A DNA stretch of 64,000 nucleotides from an uncultured beta proteobacterium (GTDB lineage Bacteria > Pseudomonadota > Gammaproteobacteria > Burkholderiales > Burkholderiaceae_B). Positions 10,698 to 20,863 of the stretch are shown here, piece after piece. The translations under genes and the position numbers were made by a program. Where the stretch lies: assembly GCA_903903735.1 (NCBI GenBank), contig CAIUZV010000391.1, positions 5,626 through 69,625 on the forward strand, read 5' to 3'. Position 1 is the first letter of the stretch, and each line of letters opens with the position of its first letter. A model generated the notes under the pieces. It searched no databases, was not told the origin of the DNA, and saw nothing but the letters and a program-made list of their open reading frames with translations.

Positions 10698-11447
10698 CTA
10701 ATCATGTTTTATGCGTTGCCGTGCCAAATACTGTTTTATGATCTCGCTTGGGTGGCCATCTGCAATTAGCTGACCATGATCCATCCAAATTACTCGGTTA
10801 CACAAAGACTCGACAAGAGCATGATCGTGAGAAACCATTACCATAATGCTTGCTCTATCTATTAGGGCCTGCATTCTGGGCCTTGCCCTTTCTAAAAATG
10901 CAGCATCTCCACCGGCAAATACCTCATCAAGCACTAAAATATCCGGCTGCATAGCAGTTGCTAAAGAAAATGCTAATCTCATATACATCCCCGTAGAATA
11001 GTACTTGACTGCCGTGTCAATGAACTCCTCCACTTCAGCAAACGCAACGACTTCTTCCTCTATGCTTTTTAGTTGCTGTTTGCTGTATCCGAAGATTGCA
11101 CCGTTGAGATAGATATTTTCCTTACCAGTAAACTCGGGATGAAATCCAGCTCCAATTTCTAGCAGAGGTATTATTCGACCGGTGACCGACACGTGCCCCT
11201 CAGATGACTCATAGATTCGGCACAAGGCCTTTAGCAGAGTACTTTTGCCGGCGCCGTTATGTCCAATTATTCCGACTCGATCGCCAGCTTTAATATCTAA
11301 AGAAACATTTTTTACTGCCCAAAAATCAGAAAATACTGCATGTTCTTTTCTTTTGAAAAAGTTTACAAAATAGTCCTTGATTGAAGGCCAGCGATCGTGA
11401 TAAATGCGAAATTTAATCGATAAGTCTTTAACGTGAATACTGGACAT
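10698..11447 (-). CDS. wzt: Polysaccharide ABC exporter ATP-binding subunit, without C-terminal carbohydrate-binding domain
   Basis: GHNGAGKST Walker A, YSTGMYMRLAF signature, LVLDE Walker B; 249 aa. Confidence 0.93.
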   Translation of the reverse strand: MSSIHVKDLSIKFRIYHDRWPSIKDYFVNFFKRKEHAVFSDFWAVKNVSLDIKAGDRVGIIGHNGAGKSTLLKALCRIYESSEGHVSVTGRIIPLLEIGAGFHPEFTGKENIYLNGAIFGYSKQQLKSIEEEVVAFAEVEEFIDTAVKYYSTGMYMRLAFSLATAMQPDILVLDEVFAGGDAAFLERARPRMQALIDRASIMVMVSHDHALVESLCNRVIWMDHGQLIADGHPSEIIKQYLARQRIKHD

Positions 11448-11453
11448 GGTTAG

Positions 11454-12242
11454 CTACAATCTAAAAATAATTTGTTTTTCTTGCCGAATAAATATGTACA
11501 TACCTAATGCTATTGAAATAACAGTAAATCCAATGGAATGCAAGATAATATTAATGGAGGGTAGTGTCCCATTAACAAGCGGTACTCTAAATAACGCAAT
11601 AAAAGGAGTTACAGGATTAATTGCAACTAAGAAAGATAAGCCTCCGCTAAGCGATTCTGGTTTATACAAAACTGGCGATAAATAGAATAAAGCTTGCATC
11701 ATTAAAACGATTACGTGTTTAAGATCGCGAAAAAATACTGTGGCGATAGACATTATTAAAGCGATGCCAAAGGCGAAAAAAAATAATAATAGAAAACTAA
11801 TTGGTAAAAATAATAGCGCCCATGAAAATGTTCCGCCGAGCACAAGTATCACACAAAATAGTACTAAAAACGATAACAAGCTATCTACCAGCAAGGCAAA
11901 GACGATGCTACTAGGAAATATCACCTTCGGTAAATAAATCTTTTTAATCAAACTTTCATTATGCACAAAAGCAGTACACGATTGAGTGGCGACTGAATTT
12001 AAAAAATTCCAGGGAATCATGCCTGCAAATAAAGTAAGTGCAAAGACTTTCAAGTCTTCTTTGAATAGAGTAGAAAAAACCACGGCCATGATAGAAATCA
12101 TCATAAGCGGGTTCACAAGAGTCCACAGAAACCCAAGGGTTGTGCGTCTATAACGTAGAACGAGCTGCTGAACAACCAACTGCTGTTGGATATTAAGACT
12201 TCCACTGAATTCTGATAAAAAGGTACGAACTCGTGAATTCAT
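11454..12242 (-). CDS. wzm: Polysaccharide ABC exporter permease (ABC-2)
   Basis: LRYRRTTLGFLWTLVNPL, LIKKIYLP, FFRDL, INPVT. Start placed at ATG 12242; alternative start 12281. Confidence 0.92.
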   Translation of the reverse strand: MNSRVRTFLSEFSGSLNIQQQLVVQQLVLRYRRTTLGFLWTLVNPLMMISIMAVVFSTLFKEDLKVFALTLFAGMIPWNFLNSVATQSCTAFVHNESLIKKIYLPKVIFPSSIVFALLVDSLLSFLVLFCVILVLGGTFSWALLFLPISFLLLFFFAFGIALIMSIATVFFRDLKHVIVLMMQALFYLSPVLYKPESLSGGLSFLVAINPVTPFIALFRVPLVNGTLPSINIILHSIGFTVISIALGMYIFIRQEKQIIFRL

Positions 12243-12518
12243 TATCTCAAATTCCCATTTTTTTAAAGACAGTACAAACATGATCTTAGTGGAGAAGTTC
12301 CATAACCATGTAGTCTCGAGTACAAACCCCTTTCGAATTTACGGGCCTCAATAGTGCGAGTGAAGATTTCGTTTGTCTGGTTGCAGTGCTCAGGCAGACC
12401 AAAGCTAGTCAAATTTAATCGTCACTATTCAAAATCAACGCATCAACTACACGTTGAGTGTTACCAACTCGATTGTACATAATCAATATCATTTTAAAGG
12501 GGCAAGATGATCTTGACG

Positions 12519-13717
12519 CGACCTGCGACGTTCAGATTAAGCCAAATTAGAGACCATGATCCCTTGATGGCAAGTTGCAGTGGTGAAGAAAGCACGATTT
12601 ATGGACAAGCAGATCGTTTGCACATTGCAAGAGGCTGATCGGGATCCGATTACAGTTGCCAAGCGGCATGGCATGAGTGAATTCTCGATTTACGTATGGT
12701 ACGAGCGATTTGGCGCGTTAGGTACGGATGACGTTAAAAAGCTGCGTAATTTAGAGCAGTAGAACAGCCGATTGAAGAAGATTTTGGCTTTGCGTGATCT
12801 GGAAATTGAGGTCTTGAAGGAGATCACAGCAAAAAAGTGGCGAGCGTGCAGGTTCGATTGGTTCAGGCTCGATATGCCATCGAGCACTGGGTCAGCCAAG
12901 GACGGGCCTGTGCGCTGCTTCGAGTTGCCAGATCAAACTTGCCTTACGCGCATAAAATACCGATCAAGAATGCACTGATTGTTCAGGCTGTGCGTCACTG
13001 TTATCGCAAGTACGCTCGTTTTGGTGCCCGAGGAGTGAGGATCTTTTTACGATGTGATGGCCAGTCGCTAGGACGAGACCGTACTGCACGGATTTGGACC
13101 AAGCACGAGTTTCAGGTGCCACTCTAGAAGAATAAGACGCGCTATCGCCCTGAACGTACGCAAATCGGCGCACCTAGCTGACAGGAAAAAGTATACTACG
13201 ATACCTTTGTCTTTAATGTCTGTGCAAACTGACAAAAATGTAATTCTCGGTAATGATCGACGAATTCACGAAGGAAAGTTTGTTCAGTGATTTCGTAGGG
13301 TCGATTCACGGTAAAAGGGTAGTCGAGGTGCCGCAGGCCGCTGCAGCAGAACGGGGCTGCTGGAGGTATCTGCGAAGCGATAATGGCTCGGAGTTTGTGA
13401 GTACGGTGTGCCTGGAGTGGGCGGCTCGCCATGAGGTGGCAAACAAATTGATTGAGTCAGGTAAGTCTCGGCAGAATGGTACGAAAGAGAGTTTTTATGG
13501 TCAGTTTGGGGGTGTCTTTTTGGCGAGGAACTGGTTTCATAGCCGAAAGAATGTAAGGTTTTAATCGAAGAGTGGCGAAAACATTACAACAGGATCAGAC
13601 CCCATTCGAGTTTGGATTATCAAATGTCGCTTGAGTACGTGTCTGGATTGAAAAGCCTTTCAACAACCGGAGCCTTCGTTTCTAAATCAAAATGGTCGGA
13701 TAAAACTAGACGGGCCA
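12519..13717 (+). mobile_element. Degenerate IS3-family insertion sequence (transposase pseudogene)
   Basis: orfA-like KKARFMDKQIV..LQEA..VAKRHG with a premature TAG at 12760-12762. A6G frameshift motif at 12831-12837. orfB fragments IDEFTKE and LRSDNGSEF, and IEEWRKHYNRIRPHSSLDY from 13561 in another frame. Ends are approximate (cgacctgc...gggcca), about 1.2 kb. Confidence 0.88.
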
Positions 13718-13892
13718 GGGGCACTTTGTAGAACTAGATTTCCACGATAACGTTGCGTACCCTTATGGAATTTAGTTATGCAGCTCAAAGTGTGTTCCCT
13801 GGAATAAGGGCAGATCGAGTACGGAGGTTCTGGTAAAGGTCAAAGATACTCGGTCGGAAAAAGTGGCAAAATCAACTGGATCAAAGGCGATA

Positions 13893-14999
13893 ATGAAGAA
13901 TCAAGAAATTTTTGTGACCAAACCTAGCTTGCCGCCATTGTCAGAGTTTTTACCTTACCTACAAAAAATTTGGGATACTAGGTTACTTACCAATCAAGGC
14001 CCTTTTCATGAACAACTGGAGAAAGAGCTTTGTATCTACTTAGGCGTAAAAGCCATTAGCCTTTTTGCCAACGGGACTGTAGCGCTTGTCGCCGCATTGC
14101 AGGCGTTAAGACTGACTGGGGAGGTTATAACAACGCCCTTTTCTTTTGTAGCAACTGCACACTCAATTTCCCTAAGTGGACTGAAACCTGTGTTCGTGGA
14201 TATCGAGCCGAATACTTTGAATTTGGATCCGAGCCAAGTAGAAGCGGCAATAACAGACAAGACAACCGCTATTATGCCTGTGCATTGTTACGGGCATCCT
14301 TGCGACGTAGAGGCGATTCAGTTAATTGCCGATAAGTACGGGTTAAAAGTAATTTATGATGCAGCTCATGCGTTTGATGTCGAGTGTCATTGCGGTAGTG
14401 TGTTAACTCATGGCGACCTTTCTGTACTAAGTTTTCATGCGACTAAGGTATTTAATACCTTTGAAGGCGGTGCGATTGTCTGTGAAGATCTCGAAATTAA
14501 AAAGCAGATTGATCAAATTAAGAATTTTGGCATCGTTAATGAACTCGAAATTCCCGCTGTTGGTTTTAATGGGAAGATGAGTGAACTTAACGCAGCTCTA
14601 GGGTTGTTACAACTAAAGCACTTGAAAAACTGGGTTGAACAGCGGAAAACAATTGACCAATGCTATCGCGCCAAGTTGGCAGGGGTACCAGGTATCCGTG
14701 TAATTAAAATAGCTGAGCAGAAGGCAAACTATGCATACTTTCCTATACTGGTGAGTGCAGATTATCCTATAACTCGCGATGCTCTTTATAAAAAATTTAA
14801 AGACGCTGGCATTCATGTACGAAGATATTTCTATCCTTTAATTTCAAATCTTCCGCCTTATCAAAAAATACAGTCGGCCAAAAAACTAGAACTACCCAAC
14901 GCAAACTCGGCATCGGAGCAAGTATTATGCTTGCCGATATATCCGGACTTACAAATAAATGAAGTTGAGCGAATTGTGGCGCTGATAAGGAGTCAGTAA
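13893..14999 (+). CDS. vioA: DegT/DnrJ/EryC1/StrS aminotransferase, VioA-like (dTDP-4-amino-4,6-dideoxy-D-glucose transaminase)
   Basis: IFVTKP, LTNQGP, YDAAHAF, SFHATKVFNTFEGG (PLP lysine), NGKMSE, RRYFYPLIS. Start at ATG 13893; alternative GTG 13863. Confidence 0.85.
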   Translation: MKNQEIFVTKPSLPPLSEFLPYLQKIWDTRLLTNQGPFHEQLEKELCIYLGVKAISLFANGTVALVAALQALRLTGEVITTPFSFVATAHSISLSGLKPVFVDIEPNTLNLDPSQVEAAITDKTTAIMPVHCYGHPCDVEAIQLIADKYGLKVIYDAAHAFDVECHCGSVLTHGDLSVLSFHATKVFNTFEGGAIVCEDLEIKKQIDQIKNFGIVNELEIPAVGFNGKMSELNAALGLLQLKHLKNWVEQRKTIDQCYRAKLAGVPGIRVIKIAEQKANYAYFPILVSADYPITRDALYKKFKDAGIHVRRYFYPLISNLPPYQKIQSAKKLELPNANSASEQVLCLPIYPDLQINEVERIVALIRSQ

Positions 15000-15078
15000 C
15001 ACAGAGATACCGTTTTTCTCTAAAAATTCCAGTTGGTGTTCAGAAAAAAAGCGAGGCTTACTAGTTAATAATCCCTTG

Positions 15079-16203
15079 TCAATGACTTAGGTTTTGATAA
15101 ACCTCAAGGGTATCCTTTGCGCATTTTTCCCAAGAAAACTGGGCGGCTCGGTCAAGCCCTAACTGAATCAACTTATCTTTGTGCTGATCATTACAAACTA
15201 TCCTCTGAATTGCATCAGCCATTGACGACGCAGAAAAGGGATCGAAAAACTCTGCAGCATCACCTAATATTTCCGGCATTGCACCGGCGTTACTGGATAC
15301 CACGGGACATCGGCAGCTCATCGCTTCAAGTGGTGGAATTCCAAAGCCTTCATAAAAAGAAGGGTATATGAACACCGCAGCATTCTGATACAAATTTACT
15401 AAAGCGGCATCGCCGCCGGTTTCATGACAAACTTGGCGATCTGACAGGTTGAAGTTGTTTAGTAATGCTTGTTCGTTGGTATCCAAAGGACCCCCACCAA
15501 AGAAAACCAGATCATAGCCATCGCGCACCCAAGGATGAGTACCGTACATCTCTAAGGTGGTCTTGAAATTTTTATAGCCCCCTCGGCTTCCAACATAAAG
15601 CAAATAAGGGCGATTCCTAATTGGTTTTAAACTCAACTTACTGTTTTCTAACTGCACACCTAAATAAATGACAGAAGTTTTATCTACACTGATATTGAGA
15701 TGATTAACTAGATCTCGTTGAGTCGTCTTTGATATACAAATTATGTGGTCAGCCCGCTCAATCGCACGCATTTTCAGTTCGCTTGTATTGTCAGAACGCC
15801 TAAAAGAATTAGGAAACAGTTCATGAATCATATCGTAAACCGTCAGTACAGTCCTGGCGCCTCGTCGCAGCGCATATCTATCAGAGTAATAAGTTTCGTG
15901 AACTATGTCTGGTGCAAGCATTGCAATTTTGGATGGCGACACTAGAGCGTTGTAAAGCCTATAAAACTGCCAAGTGCCTTTAACTACGGGCACGCTCTTC
16001 CCGATGATCTTAAGATTACTATGGGAAGCATTCAGATACGAATTGATATACAGAGGCGCTACGATACTGGCGCTTACCCCATCAAGCTGAGAAATATGAT
16101 TAGCTAGTTCGAAAAAATATCGAGAAATACCACCATACTTTTGACCACCAAATATCTGATAGTCATATGCAACCTTCAACCTTGAGCTCATTTTTAAATC
16201 CAA
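15079..16203 (-). CDS. Glycosyltransferase family 4 (mannosyltransferase-like)
   Basis: YGGISRYF, TVYDMIHE, YVGSRGGYKN, YPSFYEGFGIPPLEAM. Confidence 0.92.
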   Translation of the reverse strand: MDLKMSSRLKVAYDYQIFGGQKYGGISRYFFELANHISQLDGVSASIVAPLYINSYLNASHSNLKIIGKSVPVVKGTWQFYRLYNALVSPSKIAMLAPDIVHETYYSDRYALRRGARTVLTVYDMIHELFPNSFRRSDNTSELKMRAIERADHIICISKTTQRDLVNHLNISVDKTSVIYLGVQLENSKLSLKPIRNRPYLLYVGSRGGYKNFKTTLEMYGTHPWVRDGYDLVFFGGGPLDTNEQALLNNFNLSDRQVCHETGGDAALVNLYQNAAVFIYPSFYEGFGIPPLEAMSCRCPVVSSNAGAMPEILGDAAEFFDPFSASSMADAIQRIVCNDQHKDKLIQLGLDRAAQFSWEKCAKDTLEVYQNLSH

Positions 16204-16490
16204 AAGTGGTGCCTAGCGTAAAAGAATAATAAATTCAATTTACATCGATATAATGAAAATCAATACCAAATGTCAGGAATAGGGCTACCGTGTTGTTAGT
16301 TGTAAGGGCTGGTTTTTTAAATTATCAGCAGGCAAGGAGAAAGAGGTAGCTTGGACTCGTTTCGTATTTTATGGAAGGACATGTCAAAAATTGGAAATCT
16401 TGATGTAAAAGATAGAAACGAATAAAATCCTTCAATCTTGGATGCCAAATTATCAACAAGGCCGCAAGGACATAATTTTGAATCAGTCTC

Positions 16491-16887
16491 TGCAGCGCAA
16501 AGGTAGCGAACTGTCAATTGTCAAATCCCCGTATGCACATTACTACGTTAAACAGACCTGCCAAGCACGATACTAGATGACATTATGCCGTACTGAAAGC
16601 ACCGATTCTGATCGCATAGAGTGCACGTTCAGCGCGCACGAGTATTTATTCTAAACTTTATTACTTCCAATTACTCCGTTGGCCAAACCAGAAAATCAGG
16701 GCCGCTAGGACTAATGCACTTGAAGGCGCATTTAGAATATAACTAATCATATTTCATATTTTTAGCGCAATTTAACTTTTTTCGCCTGCCGACTATACCA
16801 ACCGATTTTCTAAATTAAATGACGTAACTAATAGTGATCAATAGAATCAAGTGCATTAAAATTGAGATTGCACGCAAAAGGTAGCGA
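16491..16887 (+). repeat. Imperfect 19-bp direct repeat in the intergenic region upstream of the wbqC cassette
   Basis: tgcagcgcaaaggtagcga (16491-16509) and tgcacgcaaaaggtagcga (16869-16887). Confidence 0.4.
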
Positions 16888-17060
16888 TCAAAATGATTAT
16901 CAGGATTTATTTTTACCCCAAAAGAATCAAGTTTATGCTAGCCTATTAAGCTAAATTCAAATATCGACTCCGACAAAAATTCAGTTTGATGTCGCATCAG
17001 AAACGTTAGGACATCACTGATCGAGATATGAAGTTAACTACGTATTTTTGAGTAAATATA

Positions 17061-17744
17061 ATGAAGATTTGTATAATGCAGCCATATTTCCTTCCATATT
17101 TGGGCTACTGGCAGCTTTTAAAATATGCTGATAAATATATAATTTTTGACGATGTTAATTACATAAAAAAAGGACATATAAACAGAAATAAAATATTGCT
17201 AAAGACGGGGCTGCATCAGTTTACACTTCCAATTGAAGGGGCCTCACAAAATAAAAAGATATACGAATTGGAGCTATTTGATGGCGAGGATAAAATTCTT
17301 AAAACAATTACTCAGGGGTATAAGAACACTACAAATTTCAAGGTTATATATCCAATCATAGAAGAGATATTTAATTTTAAATCAAAACTCCTTGTCGATT
17401 TCATTGAGCACTCAATTAAAAAAATATGCGAACTGCTAGCCATAGAAATAGAAATTATAAAATCAAGTGAAATTGTATTGGATGCATCTGGCGTCAATAA
17501 AATTATCCCATTGTGTAGACTGTACTCTGCGGATGTTTATATAAATCCAATCGGAGGAATCGATCTGTACAAAAAAGAGGATTTTACTGAACACAATATC
17601 GAATTAAAGTTTATAAAAGCTATTCCAATAGAATATAAACAACTAAAAATACCTTTTCATCCGAACTTATCAATCCTAGATTTGTTATTTAATGTCCCCA
17701 AGGCAGAGTGGCCAGCCCATCTCGAAAGTTATGAGGTTCTATGA
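17061..17744 (+). CDS. WbqC-like protein (putative glycyl/acyl transferase for amino sugars)
   Basis: IMQPYFLPYLGYWQL, DDVNYIKKGHINRN, YINPIGG, LSILDLLFN. Confidence 0.9.
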   Translation: MKICIMQPYFLPYLGYWQLLKYADKYIIFDDVNYIKKGHINRNKILLKTGLHQFTLPIEGASQNKKIYELELFDGEDKILKTITQGYKNTTNFKVIYPIIEEIFNFKSKLLVDFIEHSIKKICELLAIEIEIIKSSEIVLDASGVNKIIPLCRLYSADVYINPIGGIDLYKKEDFTEHNIELKFIKAIPIEYKQLKIPFHPNLSILDLLFNVPKAEWPAHLESYEVL

Positions 17745-18397
17745 GTAAGATAATAATATTTGGTACAAGAGAAAACTCGGAATTAGCCCAGTTTTATTTA
17801 AACAATGATAGCGATCATGAAGTGATTGCATTCTGCGTGGATGGAAAATATCTAGACAGTTCTCGTTTTAAGGGTTTGCCAGTGGTGGCATTTGAGGAGC
17901 TTGAACATGATTACCCACCGACGGAATATAAATTTATAGCCCCACTTGCCCCAACTGCAATGGGAACAATTAGGGAGGAAGTCTTTAATCGTATATGTGG
18001 AAAAGGTTATGAATTTATAAGTTACATTAGCTCAAAAGCAACAAATTATTCGTCGCATATAGGAAAAAACTGCTTCATTCTTGAAGATAACACACTACAG
18101 CCGTTTACCTCGGTTGGTGATAATGTTCTTATGTGGAGTGGCAATCATATTGGTCATCATTCGGTAATAAGGGACCATGTTTCCATAACATCTCATGTGG
18201 TTATTTCCGGTAGATGTGATATCGGAAGTAACTCTTTTTTTGGTGTTAACTCCACAGTGCGCGATGGTGTGAAAGTTGGAGAGGGTACATTTATTTCTTT
18301 GGGGGCGGTTATTACAGCCGATACTGCACCGTGGTCGGTTTACAGGGGTGCGACAGCAGAATTGACTAAAATTCCCAGCATGAGAGTCAAATTTTAA
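17741..18397 (+). CDS. Sugar O/N-acetyltransferase, left-handed beta-helix (NeuD/PglD/VioB-like)
   Basis: N-terminal IIIFG; hexapeptide repeats IGKNCFI, WSGNHIGHHS, ISGRCDIGSNSFFG. Confidence 0.88.
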   Translation: MSKIIIFGTRENSELAQFYLNNDSDHEVIAFCVDGKYLDSSRFKGLPVVAFEELEHDYPPTEYKFIAPLAPTAMGTIREEVFNRICGKGYEFISYISSKATNYSSHIGKNCFILEDNTLQPFTSVGDNVLMWSGNHIGHHSVIRDHVSITSHVVISGRCDIGSNSFFGVNSTVRDGVKVGEGTFISLGAVITADTAPWSVYRGATAELTKIPSMRVKF

Positions 18398-19165
18398 ATG
18401 TCAACATTTAATATAAATAATAAGCCTGAGGTTGAAATTGAATTAATTTCAACAGTTAGTTTAAAAAAAATATACTTTGAGCTAGGCCTGATCTTTGGTA
18501 ACAATAGTATTGAAAGTTATGACCAACTTGTGATCCTGTTGGAGGAGGCTGCCCAAAACGATTTTCCGGATTATTTGAATAAAATCAGAGCATGTTCTCG
18601 TTCAATATTCATTAGAAATATATTAAGTTCTGACCAGCTCAGTGAAATTGCGCGACGTTACGGAATTAAGACGCCGGTTTCCTTCTCTTCTCCAGTCATG
18701 CATATTTCAAGCGCCAAGCTCCTTCCTGGGGTTGGGGACTTGAGCCCACATCAGGATTGGCCAAGCTGTCTTGGTTCATTCAATTCGATAATTGTGTGGA
18801 TTGCATTAGGAGGCGCAACACAAGATTCTGGCGGGTTAGATTTTTATTGCGCTAACCGCGGAATATCACTATTAAGAGGCTCAATAAATCCAAGTGTTGT
18901 TGAGGCGCGACCTGAGGACTTAGCACAATTTGATAAGCAATATTTTTTTGTTTCACCAGGGGACGCTATTATATTTGGTCATTTTTTACCTCATGGATCT
19001 CGAAATGGTAAAACAAGAATAGCTGTTTCCCTGAGGATCGAAGATGCAAGTGACGAATTTTGGCAAAAACGGGGCTTTGAATACGCCCAAAAAACACAAA
19101 TAGATAGAAGGCAATTTACTGATGATGAACTATTCAAGATCAACGCCATCATTGAGAAGAATTAA
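18398..19165 (+). CDS. Phytanoyl-CoA dioxygenase-like 2OG-Fe(II) oxygenase
   Basis: HxD motif PHQDW, VWIAL, PGDAIIF, distal His in LPHGS, and R..VSLR. Confidence 0.8.
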   Translation: MSTFNINNKPEVEIELISTVSLKKIYFELGLIFGNNSIESYDQLVILLEEAAQNDFPDYLNKIRACSRSIFIRNILSSDQLSEIARRYGIKTPVSFSSPVMHISSAKLLPGVGDLSPHQDWPSCLGSFNSIIVWIALGGATQDSGGLDFYCANRGISLLRGSINPSVVEARPEDLAQFDKQYFFVSPGDAIIFGHFLPHGSRNGKTRIAVSLRIEDASDEFWQKRGFEYAQKTQIDRRQFTDDELFKINAIIEKN

Positions 19166-20084
19166 ATGGGTTTTCAATCCTCAAGATCATGCAGATTTAG
19201 TATTTACTCATGCCCAAGTTCCAACGCCCTTTGTGATGAATGACCGAATTAGGGTCTTTATATCCGGAAGGGTCGGAAAAATTAGTCATGTATTTACTGT
19301 TGATATAACACCGCCTCCCGAATTCAGTGTGATATCGATAAGCAAAACACCCATATTTTCGCCTAGTCATAAAGTCGGGACCTTTGATGACGAGGGTGTC
19401 ATGCCGAGCTGTTTTATAGAAGGGGATGATGGTGAAGTCCTTTTCTTGTACAGCGGTTGGAATTCACGTAATACTATTCCGTATCACAATAGCACCGGCA
19501 TTGCAAAATATATTCCGAGTGAAAACAGAATCCAGCGACTCTTTGAGGGGCCCGTATTGGAGAGGACACATTTGCACCCATATTTGGCCGTAACACCAAC
19601 GGTTTGGAAAAGTGGAGGTTTTTTTAATGCACTCTATATTTCTGGGCTGGAGTGGATAAAGGGGGGCGACAGATATGAGCCACTCTACGTCATAAAAAAA
19701 GCTACTTCAAAAAATCTCATAGAGTGGAATAGACCGACTGAGCAATTTATTCAATCTAGATACAAGCTAGAATGTTTTAGCAATCCATCGGTAAGGCGAA
19801 ATACCGATGTACATTTTGACGTACTTTTTTGTTCACGAAACGCCTTTGACTTTCGTAGCAATCCATTAAATAGTTACAAAATTGGATACGCCAAAATTGA
19901 TGGAAGCACCGTCATAAGGGGCGATGTTCAGTGGACAGGATCTCCCGAATCTTCTCTCGAAAATATAATGCAGTGTTACCCATCGTTCATAGAATGGGAG
20001 GGGAAAACATATGTTATCTACAATGGAAATGGATTTGGCACCACTGGTTTCGGGATCGCAGAATTCATTAAGGCTGGAGAGTAA
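19122..20084 (+). CDS. Five-bladed beta-propeller protein (GH32/GH43/GH130-like), of the type seen in O-antigen loci
   Basis: HAQVPTP, GTFDDEGVMPS, YSGWN, YKIGYA, MQCYP, YNGNGFG. The true start may be TTG 19152. Confidence 0.65.
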   Translation: MMNYSRSTPSLRRIKWVFNPQDHADLVFTHAQVPTPFVMNDRIRVFISGRVGKISHVFTVDITPPPEFSVISISKTPIFSPSHKVGTFDDEGVMPSCFIEGDDGEVLFLYSGWNSRNTIPYHNSTGIAKYIPSENRIQRLFEGPVLERTHLHPYLAVTPTVWKSGGFFNALYISGLEWIKGGDRYEPLYVIKKATSKNLIEWNRPTEQFIQSRYKLECFSNPSVRRNTDVHFDVLFCSRNAFDFRSNPLNSYKIGYAKIDGSTVIRGDVQWTGSPESSLENIMQCYPSFIEWEGKTYVIYNGNGFGTTGFGIAEFIKAGE

Positions 20085-20089
20085 TCAGA

Positions 20090-20863
20090 ATGCAAAATTT
20101 AAATGACAAATATTTTGTGAATGGGATACATATTGAGGAAAAAGTGTTCAATGTTGAAGAGGTAGAACAATTACGCACTGCTTTCTATGAGGTTCTTGAT
20201 ATTTGTGAGTCTTACAGAGCACAAAAAGGAGTGGTAAGTGGCATGGATAATACTGTTCACCATGTCCTGTTTATGCGAAAGATCTTCCAGCAGATGATTC
20301 AGAAGGATAAAAATAAAAAAATATTAGATCTTTTTTTTGATGAAAAAAAATACATTCTTAATTCATTAGGAGGCAACAATAATACAAAGGCTAATTATGC
20401 AAGCAATATTCATAGAGATGTAAGATTCTACACACAAGATCGTCTCATGTTGAATTCAATTTGGTGTATTTCTCCATTAAATAAAAATACTGGAAGTACC
20501 CAGTTTTTGTTAAATAGCCATCTCAATGAGAGTCCCCCAACTCAAAAAGAATTTGATGATTCATGTATCAGCATCGAGGCAGACGTCGGAAGTATTGTAT
20601 ATTTTGATTCCAGGATCTGGCATAGAGCAGGCAAGCCAATAGAGGGTCTTAGAGAAAGAATAATATACACACCGATATACAGTAGACCATTTATTAAACC
20701 GGGATTTAACTACAGCTTGGCTCTTCAAGAGTCAGAATATTTTAATGATTCTTCAGATTTAGTAAAGCAATTAAGTTCATATTTTTCAGACATACCCCAA
20801 AGTCACCTCGATTGGTATGGGTTTAACGAAAGGCGATTCTACTTAAAGGACCAGGATCAGTGA
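20090..20863 (+). CDS. Phytanoyl-CoA dioxygenase-like 2OG-Fe(II) oxygenase
   Basis: IHRD, NTGSTQFL..SH, GSIVYFDSRIWHRAG, SRPFIKP. Confidence 0.82.
   Translation: MQNLNDKYFVNGIHIEEKVFNVEEVEQLRTAFYEVLDICESYRAQKGVVSGMDNTVHHVLFMRKIFQQMIQKDKNKKILDLFFDEKKYILNSLGGNNNTKANYASNIHRDVRFYTQDRLMLNSIWCISPLNKNTGSTQFLLNSHLNESPPTQKEFDDSCISIEADVGSIVYFDSRIWHRAGKPIEGLRERIIYTPIYSRPFIKPGFNYSLALQESEYFNDSSDLVKQLSSYFSDIPQSHLDWYGFNERRFYLKDQDQ

Noticed and set aside
16317-16517. 66-aa minus-strand ORF in the gap before wbqC
   Set aside because: TTG start, no recognisable motifs and no clear RBS; the gap remains unexplained apart from the 19-bp repeat.
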